Shown: positions 56,424 to 64,000 of the stretch, one piece after another | How the letters are laid out: each line of letters opens with the position of its first letter | How positions within the stretch are numbered: position 1 is the stretch's first letter | Source of the DNA: Leptonemataceae bacterium | Lineage (GTDB): Bacteria; Spirochaetota; Leptospiria; Leptospirales; Leptonemataceae | Assembly (NCBI GenBank): GCA_965227295.1 | Contig: OZ245742.1 | Location: 3,168,001 to 3,232,000, forward strand | DNA length: 64,000 bases | Direction of reading: 5' to 3' | Position numbers and translations under genes: made by a program | Notes under the pieces: generated by a model | What the model was told of the DNA's origin: nothing | Databases searched by the model: none | What the model saw: the letters and a program-made list of their open reading frames with translations, nothing else

Positions 56424-58175
56424 ATGAGTATCAATCGACAAACCTTAGTGCGCACCGCCATGGAACACTCCCGGGCTCTCGAAGCCGGTGAGTACAGCGC
56501 GGTGGAACTCGCGGACGCCTGCCTTGCCGCGGCCGATGCCGAAAAAAACGCCGGCGCATTTTTACAACTCGACGCGGCCTACATTCGCGAGCAAGCCGCG
56601 GCTTCGGACGAGCGGCGCAAACAGGGCCGGAGCCCGGGACCGCTCGACGGCATTCCCGTCGCCGTCAAAGACAACATCTGCGAAACCGGGCTGAAGTGCA
56701 CCTGCGCGTCGAAGATCCTGGAAAACTTTACGTCGCCGTACGATGCGACGGTCATCAGCAAACTGCGCGAGGCCGGGGCCGTGCTCTTCGGTCGCACCAA
56801 CATGGACGAGTTCGCCATGGGGTCCTCCACGGAAAACTCGGCCTTTCAGCAGACACTCAATCCCTGGGATGCGAAGCGTGTGCCCGGCGGTTCTTCCGGC
56901 GGCAGCGCGGCCGCGGTGGGGGCGGGCATTGTGCCCCTGGCGCTCGGTTCGGATACCGGCGGTTCCATTCGCCAGCCGGCGGCGTTCTGCGGTGTCGTCG
57001 GACTCAAGCCGACGTACGGCCGCGTGTCGCGCTACGGCCTCGTGGCCTACGCATCGAGCCTGGACCAAATCGGCCCGTTCGCGCGCAGTGTGGAAGATGC
57101 GGCGTTGCTCCTGCATACCATCAGCGGCCGGGACGCCCGGGACAGTACCTCGGATCCCCAGGCGGACAAACACCCGCTCGTCTACGAGTTTCCGGACATC
57201 ACGGATGCGGAGTACAAAAAACTGCGCGTGGGGCTGATACTCCCGGACGACGGCGCGGCCGGATACGATCCGGCGGTCATCGAACGCTGTCGCGCGGCGG
57301 CGCAGTATTTCGAAGGGCGCGGCGCTAAGATTGTCCCGCTAAAATCTAGGCTTGAAAGGTCACTGATTCCGATCTACTACATCCTCGCCACGGCGGAAGC
57401 CTCTTCAAATCTGTCGCGGTACGACGGCGTGCGCTACGGGAATCGTGCCCCGGATCCCGAAGACCTCATGGACCTTTACGTGCGTACCCGGACCCGCGGC
57501 TTCGGTCCCGAGGTCAAGCGGCGCATTCTGCTCGGCACGTTCGTATTGTCCTCCGGCTACTACGACGCGTACTACAAATCGGCGCAGAAGGCCCGGCGCA
57601 TCATCCAGCAGGAGTACGCCGGTTTTTTTCAGAAAGTCGACGTGATTCTCTCACCGACGTCTCCGGGTACGGCCTTTCCCATCGGCGACCGCGTGGACGA
57701 TCCCATCGCCATGTATCAGAGCGACATTCTTACGATCGCCGCGAATCTCACGGGCACTCCCGCCGTAAACGTCCCGGCCGGCCTGGACGCTCACGGCCTG
57801 CCCATCGGCTTGCAACTGCTCGGCGCGCCGTTCCTGGAGAATCAGTTGCTCCGAATTGCGCGCGTCCTGGAGGGCGTGCCGGGTTTTGCGCTGGATTACG
57901 TTGCACGCGATGGTGCGTCCGCGGGAAAGCCTGCGTCGGCGCCGGTTAAGTCGAAATCCGCGCCGGCACAAAAGAAAACGGCTCCGAAGAAAAAGGCCGC
58001 CGCGAAAAAGAAAGTCGCTCCGAAGAAAAAGGCCGCCGCGAAAAAGAAGCCGGCTGCTAAGAAAAAGAAAGTGGCGGTTAAGAAGAAGGCCGCGCCGAAG
58101 AAAAAGCCTGCTGCGAAAAAGAAGGCGACCGCTAAGACGAAGAAAAAGGCCGCTAAGACAAAGAAAAAGCGGTAA
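56424..58175 (+). CDS. gatA: Asp/Glu-tRNA amidotransferase subunit A with a Lys/Ala-rich C-terminal extension
   Basis: AVKDNI, TNMDEFAMGSSTENS, PGGSSGGSA, GSDTGGSIRQPA, EASSNLSRYDGVRYG, GFGPEVKRRILLG. Confidence 0.96.
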   Translation: MSINRQTLVRTAMEHSRALEAGEYSAVELADACLAAADAEKNAGAFLQLDAAYIREQAAASDERRKQGRSPGPLDGIPVAVKDNICETGLKCTCASKILENFTSPYDATVISKLREAGAVLFGRTNMDEFAMGSSTENSAFQQTLNPWDAKRVPGGSSGGSAAAVGAGIVPLALGSDTGGSIRQPAAFCGVVGLKPTYGRVSRYGLVAYASSLDQIGPFARSVEDAALLLHTISGRDARDSTSDPQADKHPLVYEFPDITDAEYKKLRVGLILPDDGAAGYDPAVIERCRAAAQYFEGRGAKIVPLKSRLERSLIPIYYILATAEASSNLSRYDGVRYGNRAPDPEDLMDLYVRTRTRGFGPEVKRRILLGTFVLSSGYYDAYYKSAQKARRIIQQEYAGFFQKVDVILSPTSPGTAFPIGDRVDDPIAMYQSDILTIAANLTGTPAVNVPAGLDAHGLPIGLQLLGAPFLENQLLRIARVLEGVPGFALDYVARDGASAGKPASAPVKSKSAPAQKKTAPKKKAAAKKKVAPKKKAAAKKKPAAKKKKVAVKKKAAPKKKPAAKKKATAKTKKKAAKTKKKR

Positions 58176-58711
58176 GATTCTTTGGGGTTCTCGGTGGGGA
58201 ACCAACTGCCGTGGCCTCAACAAGCAGGGCCTTGCCGACACCGGACATCGGTTTGCGACTCAGCTACCGTAGCGTATCTTGCGTAATGATTTTTCCGAAA
58301 CGAAGACGCCATTCCGGTCCGCCTTGCCATGCTCCTCCGCATAACCTCCGTTCGTCAGCTGGAACCAGTTGTGACCATACCGGGCTTAATGTACACTGGC
58401 CGCCACTTACACTGGGATCCGGGACGGCCGCAGGCTACCCGAGCGTTTCCGGTAATTCAAGAGCTGCGGTTCGCACACGCGGCCGTGAGAAACATTGTTG
58501 TTTCGCACATTAATGCAAGACGGAATCCTCCGAAAAGATGACAGAGTGTTTGCTTTCCACTGAATGCCAGGTGTTGATTGAATGTTTCACCGCGTTAGTC
58601 CCCGCTAATACGGAGTTATGGGACGAGGTCCTCGCGCGGATCCTTACATCATTCACTAATTTTTTGTGAAAATCATTTACGTCCGCACTGCCTGAGCTTC
58701 ACTGGAACGAT

Positions 58712-60262
58712 ATGACGCACCTCGCCGAAGGGCCGGCCCTGGCCAACCGAATTCGCTGGATCCTGCTTGCGGCCCTGCTCGTTACGGCCCTGGCCTTTGT
58801 AGGCCAACAGGGCCCTGTTCAAAACGGCATCATCTTCGGTCTCCTGCTGCTCATGGCCGCCGGAGCCGCGTATTTTACTTACCGAAACCGACCGGGCAGG
58901 CCGGCGCCGTTGCAACTCGGTCGTCGTCTGGTCTTTCTCGACGCGCTGATCCTGGCGGCGCTGATCATCGCCGCCGTCACGACACCGGAACGTTCCCATG
59001 CAATCGTCGTCGCGCGTTCCGCGGTGGTCTTCGGTATTTTCTTTTATCCGCTCATCAACGCGACGTTGCTGTTGTCGGGAACGCTGGTACGCATCGCCGG
59101 CGCTCTGGCCGCCGCCGCCCAGGTCGGTATCTTCGCGGCCGTCATGCTCAGTCACGGCATGGACCTAACGTTCACGGGCGGCACGGAAGCCATGTCCGTT
59201 CTGGCTTTAGTTCTTCGAACGATCATGCCGGCCGGGGCGGCCTTCGTACTGCACCGTCTGGTGCGCATCCTCCTGGACCGACAGACGGACCTGGAGGATC
59301 AAGAAGACGAAAACCGCCGCGCCTACGAACGCCTGGATCGCGAAACGCAGGAACGACGCAAGGCGGCGGAGGTTCTGGGCGAAACGGTACAACGCATCGA
59401 CGGGTTCTTAAAAACGTTCAACGGCGAATTGCATCGCCAGGTGGAAGCCTTTGAACGTATCAGCGGGGCGGTGACGTCGTTTTCGAACGGCATGGAATCT
59501 TCGCGCAGTCGATTGAAAATGCAGAACGAGAAAATCGAAAACATGACCCGGGAATCCAGCATTCTCGAAGCGGGCTTCGACTTCGTTACGGAGACCGTCG
59601 ACGATCTCAACCAGCGCATGATGGAAACCTCGCGCTCCGGCGACGAGGTCAGTCGCACGGTGGCGGACGTTAACTCATCTTTACAGGAGATTAACGCCTC
59701 GTTCAAACGCATGAGCGAAATCAACCAAATCATCTCCGAAATCGCCGATCGCACGAACCTGCTGTCTCTGAACGCGGCCATTGAGGCGGCCCGGGCGGGC
59801 GAGTACGGCCGCGGATTCGCCGTGGTGGCCCAGGAAGTCGGCAAGCTCGCGGACAACAGTGCCGAGAACGCCGGCATGATCGGCGGCATCATCACCGACA
59901 GCGGCACCTACGTGGAACGCGGCGCCTCCGGTGCGCATAAATCCGACGCCATGGTCAGCACCCAACAAAACACCATGCGCGACATCAGCATGAACTTTCA
60001 GCAACTCAACCTGCAGGTCGGCCGGCAGCAGGAAGTCACGAAGGGCTTTTACGTTTCCCTGCGGGAATTGCGCAGCATCTCCCGCGAACTGGACGCCACC
60101 GTGGAAGAACAGGGCGGTGGTCGGGACGATCTACAACAGGCCCTGGCCGATCTTAAAGACGGCGCATCGACCCTGGTCGGCATGGCCGTGGACATGCAGC
60201 ACACCGTGGGGAAACTCGAAGAACAGGCGGCGTACCTCGCCGGAGATGCGCCGGAACCGTAA
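58712..60262 (+). CDS. Methyl-accepting chemotaxis protein
   Basis: About 6 TMs, then [37 protein letters not shown]. Confidence 0.93.
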   Translation: MTHLAEGPALANRIRWILLAALLVTALAFVGQQGPVQNGIIFGLLLLMAAGAAYFTYRNRPGRPAPLQLGRRLVFLDALILAALIIAAVTTPERSHAIVVARSAVVFGIFFYPLINATLLLSGTLVRIAGALAAAAQVGIFAAVMLSHGMDLTFTGGTEAMSVLALVLRTIMPAGAAFVLHRLVRILLDRQTDLEDQEDENRRAYERLDRETQERRKAAEVLGETVQRIDGFLKTFNGELHRQVEAFERISGAVTSFSNGMESSRSRLKMQNEKIENMTRESSILEAGFDFVTETVDDLNQRMMETSRSGDEVSRTVADVNSSLQEINASFKRMSEINQIISEIADRTNLLSLNAAIEAARAGEYGRGFAVVAQEVGKLADNSAENAGMIGGIITDSGTYVERGASGAHKSDAMVSTQQNTMRDISMNFQQLNLQVGRQQEVTKGFYVSLRELRSISRELDATVEEQGGGRDDLQQALADLKDGASTLVGMAVDMQHTVGKLEEQAAYLAGDAPEP

Positions 60263-60274
60263 GTGGCGGGCAGG

Positions 60275-61297
60275 TCAGGCCGCCGTGGCCGGCCAGTGGA
60301 AGTACACGAGAAACGTGTCGTCCTGGATCATCGCCCGGATGTAGTTGCCGGCGATGCCGTCGTTGACCGACAGGAGGCCGTAGGCGTGGGCTGTAATCTC
60401 CGCGCAAATGCCGAGGCCCAGGCCGGTGCCGTGCGTGGTGAAGTCGTCGCGAAAGAGATGGCCGAGGTCTTCCCGGCCGGCCCCGGACTGGCGCAGCGCG
60501 TCCGCGTGATCGCTCGTAATCCGGTTAAAAACCATAAATCGTAAGTTTGCCTGATCATCATCTAAGCTCAGGGCGCGCAGTCCCACCAGGCCGTCGATGG
60601 CGTGACGCACGGCGTTGTTGATCAGATTGTACAGGAGCCGTTCCAGGGTACTGAACTCCAGGCAGGAGTCCGCGATGTTGCCGTCATAAAAAGAAACGAA
60701 ATCCAGACGCGTGCCGCGCGGGGCACCGCCGCGAAGCAGCCCGTCCTTCCATTTTTCGACCAGCAAGCCCACATGATGGGCCTTGCCGCTCACATCCGCG
60801 ACGCGCCGCGGCTCGTCGATGTCTCTTAAAAGATTGCGCATTACCTTGAGGCAGTCGCGGTTCAGGTAGTAAATCATCGCCGCGTCTTCGGCTTCGATCT
60901 CGCCTATGCCGGCCAGTTGCAGACAGGCGGACAGAGGCTGAAACGGACCGCCCTTGATGTCGTGCACGATGCGCCGGAGCGCCGGACTCGCCTCCCGGCT
61001 GGAGTACGTGGCGTGGCCCAACGAACGAATGTCACCGAGGATGCCGGACCAGTTCACGCGCCGGGTAAAGTCCGCGACGATGTCGGCCCGGCGATTCTCC
61101 GCGGACCCGAGGAGTACGTCGAGTTCGATCAGCACGCCGTAGGTATGCTTGAGGACTTCGCGATCCGGCGGGGCGAAGGCTTCCAGGTTCGTGCCCAGGT
61201 CTGCGCCGGTGTAGCGCGCGTCGCGGTAGCTTTTCAGAGCTCCCGGAGGAAGCGCACGCAGATCGGCCTCGTCTGTGGAGAATCTACTTCCTGCCAT
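60275..61297 (-). CDS. Soluble atypical histidine-kinase-like ATPase
   Basis: IVHDIKG, YNLINNAVRH, FTT.GTGLGL; G1 box degenerate. Confidence 0.75.
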   Translation of the reverse strand: MAGSRFSTDEADLRALPPGALKSYRDARYTGADLGTNLEAFAPPDREVLKHTYGVLIELDVLLGSAENRRADIVADFTRRVNWSGILGDIRSLGHATYSSREASPALRRIVHDIKGGPFQPLSACLQLAGIGEIEAEDAAMIYYLNRDCLKVMRNLLRDIDEPRRVADVSGKAHHVGLLVEKWKDGLLRGGAPRGTRLDFVSFYDGNIADSCLEFSTLERLLYNLINNAVRHAIDGLVGLRALSLDDDQANLRFMVFNRITSDHADALRQSGAGREDLGHLFRDDFTTHGTGLGLGICAEITAHAYGLLSVNDGIAGNYIRAMIQDDTFLVYFHWPATAA

Positions 61298-61341
61298 AGA
61301 GTGTCATTCTTGCGAGCGACGGCGAACCTGTCCCGAAATTT

Positions 61342-62577
61342 TTAACCGCGCAGTTTCAGATAACGTTTCTTGCCGATCTTGAGATCGTAAGATCCAGGAA
61401 ACGTAAGTTTGTGTTCGATGTCGTTCACGACCTCGAGCTCCTGGCCCATCTTTACGGCGCCGTCTTTGACCAGGCGACGTGCCTTCGTCAGCGTCGGTTC
61501 GATGCCCGAGTCCACCAGCAGACGGACCAGCAGATGTTCGCCGGCTTCATCAACGGAATGTTCGGGCGTGTCCGGGGGCAGGACCAGTTCGTTGCGTTTT
61601 TCACTCTTTTCTTTTTCCCACTGACGGCGAGCATCCGCGCCGGCTCCGCTTTCGTGCAGGGAGTCCGTAATGTCCGCGGCCAGGAGCTTTTTCGCTTCGA
61701 AGGGATCGGCCTGGATGCGCGCGTCGATTTCTTTCTCCGGAACGTCGGTCAGCAAAATGTAGTACTCGCGCATGAGTTCGTCGGAGACGGACATGATCTT
61801 CGCAAACATTTGGTACGGCGCCTCGGTGATGCCCACGTAGTTATCGTAAGACTTCGACATCTTACGTTCGCCGTCGAGGCCCACCAACAGCGGCACCGTA
61901 ACAATGGACTGGGCCTGCTGGCCGTAGGCCTTCTGAAGTTCCCGGCCGACGAGGAGGTTGAACTTCTGATCGTTGCCGCCCAATTCCACGTCGGACTTAA
62001 GCGCGACGGAGTCGTAACCCTGCACCAGGGGATACATGAACTCAATCAGCGAAATGCTTTCCCCGGCCCGGTAACGTTTTTGAAAGTCGTCCCGTTCGAG
62101 CAACTGCGCCACCGTATAACGGGCGGTGAGGCCGAGCACGTCTTCGAAGCGCATGTCCCGGCACCACTTCGAGTTAAAGACGATCTCCGTCTTCTCACGA
62201 TCCAGAATGCGAAAGACCTGTTCCTTGTAGGTCTCCGCGTTGCGTTCGACGTCCTCGCGCGTCATGCGATTGCGCGTGGCGGAACGGCCCGTGGGATCGC
62301 CGATCATACCGGTGAAATCGCCGATCAAAAACTGTACGTGGTGACCGAGTTCCTGGAAGTGGCGCAGCTTACGCAACAGCAGGCTGTGGCCCAGGTGCAG
62401 GTCCGGGGCCGTAGGATCGAAGCCGGCCTTGATGCGCAGGGGCTTGCCGGACTTCCGGCTTTCTTCGAGGCGATCCAGGAGTTCCTCTTCCGGGAGGATT
62501 TCACTGCTGCCGCGCCGGATCTTTTCGAACGCGGCCAGGGTCTCTTTCGCGTAGGATTTTTTCTCCGAACTTGCCAT
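61342..62577 (-). CDS. tyrS: Tyrosine--tRNA ligase
   Basis: [35 protein letters not shown]4 domain. Confidence 0.97.
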   Translation of the reverse strand: MASSEKKSYAKETLAAFEKIRRGSSEILPEEELLDRLEESRKSGKPLRIKAGFDPTAPDLHLGHSLLLRKLRHFQELGHHVQFLIGDFTGMIGDPTGRSATRNRMTREDVERNAETYKEQVFRILDREKTEIVFNSKWCRDMRFEDVLGLTARYTVAQLLERDDFQKRYRAGESISLIEFMYPLVQGYDSVALKSDVELGGNDQKFNLLVGRELQKAYGQQAQSIVTVPLLVGLDGERKMSKSYDNYVGITEAPYQMFAKIMSVSDELMREYYILLTDVPEKEIDARIQADPFEAKKLLAADITDSLHESGAGADARRQWEKEKSEKRNELVLPPDTPEHSVDEAGEHLLVRLLVDSGIEPTLTKARRLVKDGAVKMGQELEVVNDIEHKLTFPGSYDLKIGKKRYLKLRG

Positions 62578-62615
62578 ATGCGAGGATACAATCCGGCGTG
62601 CGGGCGCCGTGGCAA

Positions 62616-63008
62616 CTACTTCGAAGCGCAGAGACGGATCAAATCCGGCTGCAACGTTTCGAACATGGGGATCTGGGCTTCCTGCCAGGTCACCTTCGGC
62701 GAGTATTGAATGGTAACGTGATAACGTTCGCCCGGCGGAAGGCGGTCGATGTCTTTCAAGAAGCGAATCAAGATGCGCAGGCTCGACGAACTCATCAGCT
62801 CCAGCGCGGCCAGGTCGATCCACAGATGATCGCTCTTTTGTTCGCGCAGTTTTCGTTGGGCTTGCTGGAGATACGGCAGCAGGTCCGTGGTCGGATCCGC
62901 GATGTACAGCGAGCCCTTCATGTGCAGGGCCAGGCCACCGTCGGCATGATCGGCGGCGTAGATGTGGGCGTTCCCGTGATGAAAGTCGGCGAGACCGAAG
63001 CGGTTCAT
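62616..63008 (-). CDS. STAS/SiaC-like small regulatory protein
   Basis: [25 protein letters not shown] overlaps the ubiX stop. Confidence 0.65.
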   Translation of the reverse strand: MNRFGLADFHHGNAHIYAADHADGGLALHMKGSLYIADPTTDLLPYLQQAQRKLREQKSDHLWIDLAALELMSSSSLRILIRFLKDIDRLPPGERYHVTIQYSPKVTWQEAQIPMFETLQPDLIRLCASK

Positions 63009-63640
63009 GGTTCTTCCTCCAACCAGCCGCGAAAGAGCCGGTGCCGAATGCCGAAGAGCGCGAGCACCCGGCCGGCAATAAAGCGACCGAGGTCGTCGAT
63101 GCTTTGCGGACGCTGATAAAAGCCGGGGCTGGCCGGCAGCACGATTCCGCCGGCCTCGGTGAGCGCGGTCATGTTGCGCAAATGAACCAGGCTGTACGGC
63201 GTCTCCCGCGGAACCACCACGAGGCGGCGCCGTTCTTTGAGACAGACGTCGGCCGCGCGTTCGATCAGGTTCGTCGTGTAACCGTGGGCGATTGCGGCGA
63301 GGGACTTCATGGAACACGGGACGATGGCCATGCCGTCCGAAGGCGTGGAGCCGCTGGCGGCCTTCGCCCCCACGTCGCGGTGATTCTGCAAAACGAAACG
63401 ATGCCGCAGTTGATCCTCCGGCAGGCCGTCGAGGACGACATCCAGGTACTCCTGCGCGCTCTCGACACGCACCGGCATTTCCTCGGAGAAAACCCGCAGG
63501 GCCGTATCGCTGACGATGAGATGCGAGGTGCCCTCCGCCGCGACGGCCAGGCTTCGCAACAGATGAAAACCGTACAACGCCCCGCTGGCCCCGCTCACAC
63601 CGAGCACGAGAGAAACGCTTTGCCTGGATGCCGTGGTCAT
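63005..63640 (-). CDS. ubiX: Flavin prenyltransferase
   Basis: [43 protein letters not shown]. Confidence 0.95.
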   Translation of the reverse strand: MTTASRQSVSLVLGVSGASGALYGFHLLRSLAVAAEGTSHLIVSDTALRVFSEEMPVRVESAQEYLDVVLDGLPEDQLRHRFVLQNHRDVGAKAASGSTPSDGMAIVPCSMKSLAAIAHGYTTNLIERAADVCLKERRRLVVVPRETPYSLVHLRNMTALTEAGGIVLPASPGFYQRPQSIDDLGRFIAGRVLALFGIRHRLFRGWLEEEP

Positions 63641-63664
63641 AGGGTAATATCAAACAAACGAAAG

Positions 63665-64000
63665 TTAAGCAGTGAAACCGTAGCGCTGGAGGGCGTCGAT
63701 CAATACGCCCAGAAACAGAATCGAGCTGATCGAGGCGTTCACGTGAAAGAAGGCGATGGGAATGCGATCCAGACGCCCGCCGCTCACCAGCCGGTGTTCC
63801 ACGACGAACAGCGCGGCCGTAATCGCGGCCGCCGCGTAAAATACCGGCCCGCTTTCCGAAACAAAACCCGCGCCGAGGAACGCACCGAGGGCGATGACGT
63901 GCGCCAGGCGCGCGATCCACAGCGCCGCCGGAACACCGAAGCGGGCCGGTACCGAATGCAGGCCGGCGTTGCGATCGAAGTCGTGGTCCTGGCAGGCGTA
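63665..64000 (-). CDS. UbiA-family prenyltransferase, 3' part (truncated by the window edge)
   Basis: Manual translation YACQDHDFDRNAGLHSVPARFG..EHRLV..AFFHVN. Confidence 0.88.
   Translation of the reverse strand, partial: YACQDHDFDRNAGLHSVPARFGVPAALWIARLAHVIALGAFLGAGFVSESGPVFYAAAAITAALFVVEHRLVSGGRLDRIPIAFFHVNASISSILFLGVLIDALQRYGFTA

Noticed and set aside
62578..62615. T-box riboswitch upstream of tyrS
   Set aside because: Only 38 bp of intergenic sequence, too short, and no T-box motif

Overview
GC-rich bacterial chromosomal window, densely coding, mostly core and accessory genes. Several proteins (SecA ending in a basic tail without a SEC-C zinc finger, an RpoZ-like protein with a poly-Asp tail, a long YihY, many cyclases, lipoproteins and STAS proteins) suggest a Leptospiraceae-like spirochaete; this is inference from recalled family traits. 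Recognisable genes: pyk, a DAHP synthase, glpD, a mesaconyl-CoA-hydratase-like double MaoC protein, secA, prfC, gatC-gatA, tyrS, ubiX and a partial UbiA. Signalling genes: two class III nucleotide cyclases, an RsbW-like HATPase fused to a cNMP-binding domain, a PAS hybrid kinase, an MCP and two STAS-like proteins. I saw no rRNA, tRNA, CRISPR array, transposase, integrase or reverse transcriptase. The most unusual signals are non-coding: three families of short, structured intergenic repeats. Family A copies each lie 10-12 bp after a stop codon; two of them bracket a VWA-DUF1566 gene with an identical flank but an inverted core. Family C shows compensatory stem changes. Also notable: a broken, AT-richer PycTM/DUF5706-like membrane ORF overlapping a deaminase, a four-gene operon with three paralogous hydrophobic lipoproteins, a histone-H1-like tail on GatA, and a perfect TetR-type operator. 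All product calls come from motif recognition by eye; no database search was run.
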